Source: Eledone cirrhosa (taxonomy: Eukaryota). Taken from it: a stretch of DNA of 64,000 nucleotides. Below, piece after piece: positions 1 through 10,834 of this stretch (position 1 is the stretch's first letter; each line of letters starts with the position of its first letter). The notes below the pieces were generated by a model, which ran no database searches, was not told the DNA's origin, and saw only the letters and a program-made list of their open reading frames with translations. Both the position numbers and the translations under genes were made by a program. Where the stretch lies: assembly GCA_964016885.1 (NCBI GenBank), contig OZ024743.1, forward strand, positions 56,792,001 through 56,856,000, written 5' to 3'.

Positions 1-800
1 TGATGATGCTGATGATGATGGTGGCAGTAGTGTTGTTGGCGGTTGTGGTGGCATGGATGGTAGTGATGATGGTAGTGGTGGTGGTGGTGGTGGTGGTGAT
101 GGTGCTGATGATGGTGGCAGTAGTGTTGTTGGCGGTTGTGGTGGCATGGATGGTAGTGGTGGTGGTGGTGGTGGTGATGGTGCTGATGATGGTGGCAGTA
201 GTGTTGTTGGCAGTTGTGGTGGCATGGATGGTAGTGATGATGGTAGTGGTGGTGGTGGTGGTGGTGATGGTGCTGATGATGGTGGCAGTAGTGTTGTTGG
301 CAGTTGTGGTGGCATGGATGGTAGTGATGATGGTAGTGGTGGTGGTGGTGGTGGTGATGGTGCTGATGATGGTGGCAGTAGTGTTGTTGGCGGTTGTGGT
401 GGCATGGATGGTAGTGATGATGGTAGTGGTGGTGATGGTGCTGATGATGGTGGCAGTAGTGTTGTTGGCGGTTGTGGTGGCATGGATGGTAGTGATGATG
501 GTAGTGGTGGTGGTGGTGGTGGTGATGGTGCTGATGATGGTGGCAGTAGTGTTGTTGGCAGTTGTGGTGGCATGGATGGTAGTGATGATGGTAGTGGTGG
601 TGGTGGTGGTGGTGATGGCATGGATGGTAGTGATGATGGTGGTTGTGGTGCTGCTGCTGATGGCAGTAGTGGTGCAGCTGATGTTGATGGTATGGATGGT
701 AGTAGTGATGATAGTAGTTTTGATTCTGATGGTGGTGGTGGTGATGCTGAAGATGTTGATGGCATGATGATGATGATGATGGTAGTGGTGGTGGTGATGA
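1..800. repeat. GGT/GAT-rich minisatellite, unit about 80-93 bp
   Basis: About 7 copies of gatggtgctgatgatggtggcagtagtgttgttggcrgttgtggtggcatggatggtagt... with variable (ggt)n, decaying toward 880. Confidence 0.95.
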
Positions 801-1029
801 TGGCATGGATGGTAGTAATGTTGGTGGTGGTGCCGTTACTGCTATTTATGATAATTGTGATAGTGGTGATGCTGACGATAAACGATGAGTGTGAAAGAAT
901 ACTAAGCTGATGGAAGGGATGGGGGGGGGGGGGGGAAGGTGAGGTAAGCTGTACGAGGAAGAAATGTGCATACTGACTTGCCTAAATGGTGCACACTAAA
1001 GACCTAAATGTTATTAGACTTGTCTTCTT

Positions 1030-2005
1030 CACACTCACTTCACCCTGCTTGCACATGTCTTCTGTAGTAAGGCATATTATCAACTTGATCCTATGTCATC
1101 TCTTTCTTGGTGTGTAGCTGCATGAGGTCAGCCTCCTTCACATCATCCCAAATTTTCCTAGGTCTTCCTCTTTCATAAGTTCCATCAACTTCAAATGCTC
1201 TGCACATCTTCATGCAGTTGTCATTCACAATATGTCCATACCAGCAGTTTCCTCCCCTTCACACAGCATCTAATGCTTTTATGTCTACTTTTTTTCTCAT
1301 CTCATTGATGCTTCAGTGTTCATGTACACTACTAATACACATCCATTGGAGCATACTTACCTTGTTTCTTTCCAATCTTTGTAAGTCCTCGGCACACAAA
1401 ACCCAAGTTTCACATTTATGCAGCCAGCAGTGATAATAACTCCCTGAGCTTTTCCCACTAGGTTCTCATTTTGGCTACTACACTTTCAGAATATCCACAT
1501 CCACTGCTAATTTGGTCACATAGGTAACAGAAGCTGAAACTACTTCTAGGGAAACATTTGAACATTTGATAGTTTGTTTGAAAGGAACTCTTACTGCATT
1601 TGTGCATCAGCCACATACAAAGCCTACATTCTTTGCTAGCGTGCCTGAGATTCTGCTACATTGCCTGTGTACCTATAGTTTACATTTGGTATATAGAACT
1701 GAATTTCTCCCTGCACCTTTACTGCATACTGAACACAGCCATTTCCCTGATGGAAATAAGGTCCTATTTTCTTTTCAACTTACTAGTATGCCAAGTTGAC
1801 TTTAAGGCCTTTCAATTCGAGGTTTTGGTTCCAAACTTGGAATTTCTTTTCTAATTCTGCTGCTAGATTCAGCTATGATGACTACTAGATCATCAGCCCT
1901 CTGTTATGGCCTGGATGTCAATAATAAATAGGTGAGGGCTGATGACTATCCCTGGTGGACTATCACCTGCATGCTGAATTCCTCATTATAAACATTGTTA
2001 ACTAA
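1030..2005 (-). mobile_element. Degenerate RTE-clade LINE fragment
   Basis: Interrupted similarity to the RTE at 10835-12556 (ADDL, SGKW, GRPRK regions). Confidence 0.85.
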
Positions 2006-2009
2006 AATT

Positions 2010-2640
2010 GCAACTAGTAAGGTGTTATTTGGCAATGAATTTGAAGTGTTGGTGGGGGTTCCAACAGGGCTCAGTTCACTTTGTTCTTCAGACCATAACA
2101 GAAGAGTTTAAGACTGACACTCCATGGGAACTCTTTTGTGATGATGACACAATCTGTATAGCAGAATCTATGGAAGAGTTGTTTAACCCTTAAACTGGCC
2201 ATATCCGGCCAGAATTCTCTCACCTCTTTCTGTTCAGACCAGCCATAACCAGCCGCTCATACTTATGTTAAGATATTGTTCTCAAAATAAATAACGTGAA
2301 AATCTCGTAGATTCGATATTATGAGAGATAACTATGTAACATAACGTCTTTACTACAAAAATACAATAATAAATATAGAGTAATGTGAATGCTAAAGGAT
2401 TAAAGTGAAATTCAAGGCATAGACGAAAAACTTAAAATTGAAAGCCAAAAAATATAAACTTAGCAAAAACTAAAGTACTGGTTAGTAGAAACAGGGATGT
2501 GGCCTTGTTCAATGTTGAAAAGGGGTGGACAGGAATTCTATAAGGTGTATACAGTATAATCTATGGATACTCAAGAGATATAATGGGATTACAGGCAGGT
2601 TAATGGAGAAGATACATGTATGTTAAAAAGGGTCGAAAAG
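2010..2640 (+). mobile_element. Degenerate RTE fragment interrupted by a MITE
   Basis: QGSV...ITEEFKTDTPWELFCDDD..IAESMEEL; continues after 2403 as NLAKTKVLVSR. Confidence 0.8.
2183..2403 (+). mobile_element. piggyBac-like MITE family A
   Basis: TTAA at both ends; internal ccggccagaattctctcacctcttt shared with three other copies; splits an RTE reading frame. Confidence 0.8.
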
Positions 2641-3444
2641 ATAACCTCTTCAGTGCTGGTGCCACAAAATATGTACCCAGTACACCTTGTAAGATGGTTA
2701 GTGACAGGAAGGGCATCCAGCTATAGAAACCATACTAAAAAAGAGTCAAGAGGACTTTTCAGCTGTGTCTTTTCGAAGTCTCTAGCATTGGTGATCTACA
2801 TGATAAATGCACCCAGTACACTCTGTAAAGAAGTTGAGGATAGGAAGGGCATCAAATCCTAAAAAAAAAAAAAACATCAGAAGGACTCTTCAGCTGTGTC
2901 AAACACATAACAACATTCCTAGAGTTGGTACCATGATAAAACGTGCTCAGTGCACTCTGTAGTGTATGAGAACATCTGTAAGCAAGATGCGGGCCACTGA
3001 CCTGACTGCAAGGTCAGAACACCCCCCAATTAAGTACTGACTTGATCTGTGAGAACCACTGCTAACAGGGAAAATGGAGATTGTATGGTGATGATGATGA
3101 TGTATAAATGTCTGCATCCCATAAAAAAAAAAAAGAAGGGGATTGATAAAATAAGTATAAGTTTGGAAAGAAAATTAGTACTAATGATAGGATCAACTAA
3201 ATCCCTTCAAGGTGGTGCCCCAGAATGGCTGCAGTCAAATGACTGAAACCAGTAAAAACATAAAATAATATAATTGATATTGCAAAGATATAGAAAATAT
3301 CACCATTGAAAAACATGCATAGGTTTCCCAATTAAGATTAAAAAGCATTTAGTTGCAAATGTGTATGTGTGTTTGAGCAAGTGTGTGTGAGTGTGTTTGA
3401 GTGAAAGATATAGTAAGATAGACAGATAGAGAGGGGGAGGGACT

Positions 3445-3870
3445 AAGATAGTGGTGATTAAATCACCACTTCTAAAATTCATAACGAAGCTCCAAAAATA
3501 TTTATTTACATGATCACTTTGTATATGATTCAATATACAACCCCAGTCATGTTATGCTAGAGCATTACTACCTCTCATTGATTAGAGCCTGCCACCTTTT
3601 GCTCTGTATGCAAATAAGCTTTGTCAGTCAATGTTTATAAGCATAAAAACTATATGCTTTTAGCTTATTTTTATCTTAGTATCCAAGCAACAACAGTAAA
3701 AGAACTGGAAATGGTGCCATCAGTTGCTAAGATAGTGGCGAATAAATTACCGCTTCTAAAATTCATAGCGAGATTACAAAAATGTTTATTTACATTAACA
3801 TTTTCGTATATGATTCTATACACAACTCCAGTCATGCCCCAGTCACACTATGTCAGAGCATCATTACTTT
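3445..3870. repeat. Diverged direct repeat, about 130-140 bp (3445-3575 and 3729-3870)
   Basis: aagatagtggygawtaaatyaccrcttctaaaattcata... occurs twice; family not recognised. Confidence 0.75.
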
Positions 3871-3939
3871 CTATATATATATAGATAGATAGAGAGAGAG
3901 AGAGATCATATATAATAGATTGATGTTTCAGTGTTATGA

Positions 3940-4160
3940 TGATCCAGTGGCCTTGCAAAGACCATCCTACAAGGAACTGTGGAGGGGTGAGGAAGAGAGG
4001 AAGATAAAGAAAATGATGGAAAAACAACATTAAAGAGTGGATAAGGAAATCCTTAATAGAGCTCCAAGATCTGGCATGCAATTGCAACAGATGGAGAAGA
4101 CGGGTGCATTGTATGTTACAAGAGTGCACCCTACAATTCCATCAGGAGTTGTGGTCCTAT
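3940..4160 (+). mobile_element. BovB-like RTE 3' remnant
   Basis: Degenerate translation SGLAKTILQGTVEG.RKRGR...WKNNIKEW. Confidence 0.7.
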
Positions 4161-4199
4161 GATACAATCTACATCATTGTAGAAAATTGTGAAATGTGA

Positions 4200-4645
4200 A
4201 GGCACATAGCTCAGTGGTTAGTGCTTGGCTCAAAATGGTAAGGTCATAAGTTTGCTTACCAGTGTAGGCGGCATGTTGTGGCCTTGAGCAAGATACTTTA
4301 TTTTACAATCTTCCAGTCCACTCTGGAAAGTATGAGGTGTACTTGTAATTTAAAGGACCAGCATAGTCACACACAGTGTCATGCTGAATCTCTGAAGACT
4401 CTGTTAAAGGTATATATGTGTCTGTGGACTGCTCAGCCACTTGCCCTATAGTACAAGATTGGCTATACCTGTAATTTAAAGGGTCAGCCTTGCCACACAC
4501 TATATCACACTGAATCTCATCTGGGAATTACATTAAAGGATGCAGGTGCTAATGGCATGCTCAGCCACTTGATATTAATTTCCTGAGTAGGTTGTCCCAT
4601 TGATCGAACAAGTGGAACACTCATCGTCAGAACCGACAGAGGTCA
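4200..4645 (+). mobile_element. tRNA-derived SINE (head type 2) with internal duplication; related heads near 24190, 25555, 41270, 41960, 42218, 43155, 45530, 46040, 47415, 58345
   Basis: A-box-like ggcacatagctcagtggtta; shared ttgagcaaracacttyatttcac...ccagt..actc body across the copies. Confidence 0.75.
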
Positions 4646-4909
4646 AACACACACACACACACACACGTAAGAAAAACTCAAGCGGAGATATAAATTCAAG
4701 GGCTTGCAGTTGTTGTTTTAGGAAGGAAAGAATGAGTGAAGAGTTTAATACAAGATCTAAGAAGTGGGACACTATAAGGATAACAGAACCAACGGATTCC
4801 CACCCACTTGCTCCTACCCCATACAGGGTAAATATGGCAGTGATTGGGTAGAAAAGCAGCAGCATTAGAACAGGGAGAAAACAAGAACCACAACAGATAA
4901 AAACAATAC

Positions 4910-4987
4910 CTGTTTGATTTGTTATCTGATTGATCTTCCCAATCAGATAGATCACCAATAAGGTCACGCAGACTAGATTCAATTGAT
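4910..4987 (-). CDS. ICA1: Probable ICA69 coding exon 8 (acidic linker)
   Basis: ttttcaag|...AG|gtattg, 78 nt, phase 2/2, open in the required frame: SIESSLRDLIGDLSDWEDQSDNKSN; unique sequence between repeats. No strong homology motif. Confidence 0.7.
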
Positions 4988-5151
4988 CTTGAAAATATTC
5001 AAATAATAATAATAATAATAATAATAATGATAAAATAATAATTAAATAATAATAATTTAATACTAATAATAATGTTGTATACAACTTGGAAGCGACACAC
5101 AGACACACGTGTATACATGCAAACACACACGCTCACATATATGCATACACA

Positions 5152-6260
5152 TGATGATCTTTTTAACTGGTTGAAGTCCTTCATTCTCAGGCGAAGAGAG
5201 GTAGTCACGGTTCTGGGACAGCATTCCTCACCATATGAGATGTCATCTGGTGTACCACAGGGATCTGTTCTTGGCCCCCTTTTGTTTGTGGCATATATTA
5301 ATGACATAGATGCCAACTTAAGGAATGCCACAGTACTAAAGTACGCAGATGACATCAAGCTGTACCTTGAGATAAAAAGGACAGATCCTGAACACTATAG
5401 ATCTTGCTTGCAGTCTGACCTGGACACAATGCAACAATGGATCTCAGACTGGCAACTCAAGCTAGCTGTGGACAAGTGCACCACCATGCATTTTGGGAGT
5501 AAAAACCCAGCGTCCACATACTCCCTCCACAGCACTAATATCAAGAAGTCTTCCTGTGAATGTGACCTGGGCATTACGGTCAGCAGCGATTTGCGTTGGA
5601 CGAGGCACGTCTCTAAAATTGTCAAGAAGGCCGAGGGTGTCTTAGCATCACTCAGCAAGACCTTTGTCAGCCGCTCTCCAGATATCTATTTAAGGCTGTA
5701 TACAGCTATGGTGCGACCACACTTAGAATTTGCATCACCAGTCTTGAACCCCTATCTTGCTCAGGACATTGACCGCCTGGAAACTGTTCAGAGACGTGCA
5801 ACCAAGCGAATACCCTCCATCAGGCATCTACCATACTCTGAGCGCCTTGCTTCCCTGGGCATGGATTCATTGAAGCTCCGACGCCTGGCAACTGACTTGG
5901 TAAACACCCACAAAATTGTTAACCATGTTGCCAACAACAACCCCGAGTACCTTTTTGATTTCCATGTGTCTAACACACGTGGACATGCCCACAAAGTAAG
6001 AAAACAGCACAGTTCCCATGACTTTCGGAAACATTTTTTCACGCTCAGAGTTGCTGAAGCATGGAACAAACTACCTGCATCAGTTGTTAGCTGTCGAGAC
6101 ACTGCATCCTTTAAAGCCTCCATGCTTCCCGAGATCCACCAACACTACAGCTAACACATACACACATGTACTTCCCTGACATTTGTGTATTATTCTATGT
6201 ACTATATTGACGAGTTGTGGTGCACCTGAGCACTTTACACAATAATTTCATTATTATTAT
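5152..6260 (+). mobile_element. 5'-truncated CR1-clade LINE with uninterrupted RT C-half (ORF ends 6154)
   Basis: SGVPQGSVLGPLLF, YADD, VRPHLEFA, TRGH, FFTLRVAEAWNKLP motifs; short 3' UTR and (ATT)n tail. Confidence 0.93.
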
Positions 6261-7117
6261 ACATACTTAGATTCACACACACACATGAGGTTATTAAGTT
6301 TTTACAATATAAAATGTAGTAATAGTGGTGGTAGTAGTAGTAATAGTAGTAGACATAGTAATTGTCATTTTAATGGTGGTGGTGGTAGTAGTAGGAGTCA
6401 TAATAAATTGTAGTAGTAGTACTAGTAGTCATCATGGCACTGATGACAGTGGTTGTGGTGGTAGTAGTAGTGGTTAGTAGTGAGATCTATTTGACTATTT
6501 CATAAACTGTTTCAACATATATCGATTATTTATGAAAAAAAATCAATCAATAATTGGAGACAGCAGCAGCAGAAAGAGAATATGTTCAATATAGGTAGTA
6601 AATTGTCAAAGTCATGAGAGCAATGGACAAAATGACTTTGTTCAAGCTCTGTGCTCAGAGTTTAACTTTATTTTATCAACCCAGAATAGACAAAATGCAA
6701 AGTATTAGTCCAGGTGGTGGTTTAGAATACTGCACAATATGCCTTTATTTTAAGTGTCAGCACTGTGTTTAAATCCTTTGCTTTTCATATTTTTAAGGTT
6801 GATAAAATAAAGTAACAGACTGGGGTGGAGGTTCAGCAGAATTTGAGCAAGTGCCATACAAAATGTCTTGTGGTGTACACTCTGGCCATTTGTTTTCTGA
6901 GATCAAATCATGCTGTGGCCTTCTGAGATGGTAGACTTATTCTGTCGTTCAGTTTTAACATCACCAATTGGTCCTTGGGTGCCTTTAGAGGGAATCACTT
7001 TGTTGCAAAGATCTGCACTAAGTGCCTGGTTTAAGAATACATTCCTTCCTCTCTTTCTCACCCCACTAGTATTGGAGGCCCTGAAAAGGGTCATGGGCAC
7101 TGCTCCACCAATTAAAC

Positions 7118-7153
<36 letters not shown>

Positions 7154-7344
7154 ATTTTAAAAAAATGAAAACTGAATTTTTAAAGAAAGATTTTATTAAA
7201 AATATTATTATTGTCTTCATCTGCAATGTTTGGTTAATAAAGAACTATTTACAACTGTAATGACAAATCAACTGTATTACACTTATTTGGCATGAGTAAT
7301 CAATACAAAATACTTAAAAAAAATTAAGACCAAAATATAAGACA

Positions 7345-7825
7345 CTAACCCTTTTCATACCACTTAAACCATAGCAGACTCTATGATATTAAGCTGTTTA
7401 TTTTAAAGTGTTTATATCTATCAAAAGTTTCATGTAAAAACCTTTGTTAAGTTATGCTCCAAACAGCAGCTTAATAATAGAAAAGTCTGTTATATTACTA
7501 AATCCCACCAAATTCTTCATTATTATTGAAATTATTTGAAAATCATAAGCAGTGACTTTTATCAATAAGGGTTAACCCATTTATTACTAAACCACTTCTA
7601 GCTCTATGATATAAAGCTGTTTATTTTTAAGAGTTTATATCTATCTAAAAACTTTCCATGATAATTTTATTTAAGAATCTTTGTTAGGTTATGCTTCAAA
7701 CACCAGTGTAATAATGGAAGAGTTTGTTGTTTTACTAAATCCCTTGAAATTCTTGATTATTTGTTTTTAAATATCTGAAAATCGTAGACAGTCTTTCATT
7801 AGAAATATGGCAATGAAAGGGTTAA
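7345..7825 (+). mobile_element. Two tandem piggyBac-like MITE family B units sharing the TTAA at 7572; other copies near 23689, 24417-25029, 35647-37140, 40240, 41720, 42634, 59986-60196, 63555
   Basis: Ends CCCTTTT(G/C)ATACC and GG(T/C)AATGAAAGGG-TTAA; conserved AT-rich body ttatgttccaaacaccagcttaataat. Confidence 0.8.
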
Positions 7826-7841
7826 AGGAAGAGTAACTTAC

Positions 7842-7942
7842 TTTTGTGGTTGAGAATCTTCATTCATATCTGTATCTCGTTCTGGTTGCTCACAAGTTTT
7901 CTTAGTGTCCCTACATAATTTTTTGGAAGGTTCTGAAAGTTC
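7842..7942 (-). CDS. ICA1: ICA69 coding exon 7
   Basis: tttcag|...|gtaagt, 101 nt, phase 0/2; ELSEPSKKLCRDTKKTCEQPERDTDMNEDSQPQ, similar to the LxxPxKKL segment after the BAR domain. Confidence 0.9.
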
Positions 7943-8681
7943 CTGAAATAAAATAGACCAATATATTTAAACCAAAGTCATCATCATAATCATCATTTAA
8001 CGTCCATTTCCGTGCTAGCAAGGGTTGGACGAACTATCACAGAACATTTTAGTACTTATTCAGAGCCACTGACATATCGATGAGCTGGGACTGCATCTCA
8101 GTTACATATGTTCCTGTACTCCACATAGTGTACTGGGAGCATTTTAACATGGAACCAGCATTAGTAAGGTTGTCATGCCCTTGATGCAACTGTGAAGTCC
8201 TCTCAGCCATATGGTGGATGAGAAGAGGATGGAGGGAGGTAGGAAGCCATCCAGATTAAATGTTAAAATTATAATTTACTACTTCCATATTAATTCAATG
8301 TAATTTCAAGATATGGACATAAAACAGCAGAGAAGGCTGGAAAAAATGGAAGACAAACAAGGAAATGCAGAGGATGATGGGTTTAGAGCCATCAGGGTGG
8401 ATATAGATAGATAGAGAGAATCTGCAGTCTGAGACCAAGGAGACCACTAATCATGTGAGTACCCGATACATGGGAAGATGTAGAGTGGGTATAGAGATGT
8501 GTAAAATTGCCATTGTGGTGCCAAGCTGTTTTGGCTTGTGTTATATATGTTATATATATATTAAATGTAATCTGAGTTTTTCGAATATTAATAACAACAT
8601 TCGATTCGTTTGCAATTATGCAAACAAGCCTCAATTTTATAGCCATGTCAATAGAATGAACCCTTCATTCTTGCTCCTATG

Positions 8682-8762
8682 TTGGCATGCGAACAGAACT
8701 GCAGACACTAATGTTTCTGGGTATCACCCTTCATCAGTACAGCACACTGTTCACCTGCCAAA
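8682..8762 (-). ncRNA. Type I hammerhead ribozyme motif (Penelope-like), sense to ICA69 pre-mRNA
   Basis: CTGATGA (8737-8731), stem II GGGT/ACCC, GAAAC (8717-8713), stem III CA..TG, GTC triplet (8706-8704), extended stem I; extra A before GAAA. Confidence 0.7.
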
Positions 8763-8856
8763 CTGTCAGAGCTAGTGAAAATATATGCTATTTTCAAAAA
8801 TACACAGTGACTGATCAGCCTGATTTGCATATTAGCAGGCTGGCTGATATATATAT

Positions 8857-9250
8857 ATTGATTTCAATTAATTAAAAAGCCCAAACAATGCATAAAAAGA
8901 ATTAAAACAGTGATTTACTCAAATTTTTCAGTTTGAAGAGACCATCATCAGTAAAGACGATCATCTGCTTTGTTTTGGTTAACAGTTGAAGTTTGACAAA
9001 ACATGAACGTTTGTTGAAGTCATTCTAAAAGGCTTGTTCAACTGTTAATCAAAGCTTTTCCGTAATATTTATGGTCTTCACCTTTCAATTTCTGAAATGT
9101 TACACTTAAAAGAGGAACAGAAATATCTATGCTCTATTAAACAACTTTTTATTTACTGATGATGGTCTCTTTAGACCAAAAACTCTTAATAAAACACTAT
9201 GTTTTAATTCTTTTTATGCATTGTTTGGGCCTTTTAATAATTTGAAATCA
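8857..9250. mobile_element. Diverged fold-back, probably Penelope-like, with degenerate hammerhead cores in both arms
   Basis: Arms 8857-8955 and 9152-9250 are reverse complements; CTGATGA at 8951-8945 (-) and 9156-9162 (+). Confidence 0.65.
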
Positions 9251-9304
9251 TTATTGTAACGCTTTGGAAAACTGCTTCAAAACTCTTTCTCCACACCCTC
9301 TCGC

Positions 9305-9362
<58 letters not shown>

Positions 9363-9365
<3 letters not shown>

Positions 9366-9552
9366 GTTTCTACTTTTGGCACAAGGCAAGCAACTACCCA
9401 GTACATTGCTGGTACTTTATTTTATCGACCCCGTAAGGATGAAAGGCAAAGTTAACCTCGGCAGGATTTGAACTCAGAATGGCAAGGGACGTAACTCTAT
9501 GCTGCAAAGCATGGTGTCTGACCCTCTACCGATACTGCCAATCCACCGTCCC
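9363..9552 (-). mobile_element. tRNA-derived SINE (head type 1, Nin/Deu-like centre); other copies near 6560, 17987, 18905, 20473, 22910, 24640, 26350, 37230, 53333-53830 (x3), 57005
   Basis: tggcag A-box, gagttcaaatcc B-box, conserved gcctttcatccttacggggtcgataaaataaagtaccag. Confidence 0.85.
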
Positions 9553-9842
9553 TATATATATATAATACAAGCAAGTATTGCACCAAGAAAAATATAGACT
9601 TCAAGGAAAAAGGAGAGTAGGATTTTATTGGCTTTAACATATGTTTCTGTGTCTATTATTCTGGACCTATATACCATATTCCTCCACTTAGATATTTATG
9701 CTGTACAAGTCAAAGGATACCGTCGCTCAAATTCTCTGGCAAGCAGCTTTCTTGTTTAAGCATTCATTCTGTATATACATAAACAAAACCTTATCTACCC
9801 TCATATAGATATGTATGTATGTATGTATATATATATATATAT

Positions 9843-10568
9843 ACGTTGGTACGGTCACGTGATGCGCATGAAAGACGACAGCTGTATAACAAAGTGCAGG
9901 GCAATAAAGATAGACGGTAGCCACGGAGTAGGCAGACCCAGAAAAACATGGGACGAGCTGATAAATTCCGACCTCACACGCTTACACCTCTCCAAGACAA
10001 TGTCACTGGACCGAGACCTTTGGCGGTACTCAGTAATAGAGAAGACCCGCCTTACCTAAATACAAAGTAAAAACCTACTACAGTCAGTAGGCATCTCTAT
10101 CAAAACACCCCCCCGTCCCACCACCTCCACCCCATCCACACCGCCCCTTTCAATGTACAGTTATGTTGGTCCCACAACATCCAGGCCGAAACAAATGAAA
10201 TCGTGTAGGTGTCACGACAAAAAAACACACAGTCCACGCTGTAAATGTGGCCGTGTAGGCAACACGGTAAAAACCTCCCAGCCCCACACTGTAAATGTGG
10301 TTGGTGTTAGGAAGGGCATCCAGCTGTAGAAAACCCGCCAGACAGTCCACACTGTAATGTGGCCGTGTAGGCAACACGGTAAAAACCTCCCAGCCCCACA
10401 CTGTAAATGTGGTTGGTGTTAGGAAGGGCATCCAACTGTAGAAAACCCGCCAGACAGTCCTATGCGAGCAAGACAACCACTCTTGCCTCAAGTGGGAAAA
10501 CCCCCGTCCAAACCCATGCAAGCGTGGAACACGGACGCTAAACCTGATGATGATGATGATGATGATGA
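9843..10568 (+). mobile_element. 5'-truncated young RTE LINE (ORF end, 3' UTR, (GAT)n tail)
   Basis: RWYGHVMRM...GRPRKTW...EKTRLT*; about 105-bp tandem duplication in the 3' UTR. Confidence 0.93.
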
Positions 10569-10834
10569 TATAGAGAGAGTTTGCAGTGTTGAAATTGGGG
10601 AGACCATTAATCATGGGAGTTACTAAATGCATGGGAACATGCAGAATGTGTATAGAGATAGGTAAAATCCTGACCAAGCGGTTTTGGCTTGTGTTCAGCA
10701 AGCCTTGGAAAGGTAAGTTGTGAGATGAGATGGGTGACAGATGGATGAAACGTAAAGATGACTGAGAAAGGTTTGTGTTGGTACGTAGAAGCGATAAGTA
10801 AAGAAGAAAGAAATGCAACAATGTTTATATATAT

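Noticed and set aside
3-910. Gly-rich or Val/Met-rich protein gene
   Set aside because: Pure triplet minisatellite open in several frames, antisense in a probable ICA69 intron, with no recognisable family.
982-1090. ICA69 exon with GC donor (AG|gcaagt)
   Set aside because: All frames hit stops and the sequence overlaps the 3' end of the RTE remnant.
5072-5151. N-terminus of the 360-aa ORF
   Set aside because: Derived from flanking (CA)n-like sequence; the CR1 is 5'-truncated and lacks the endonuclease.
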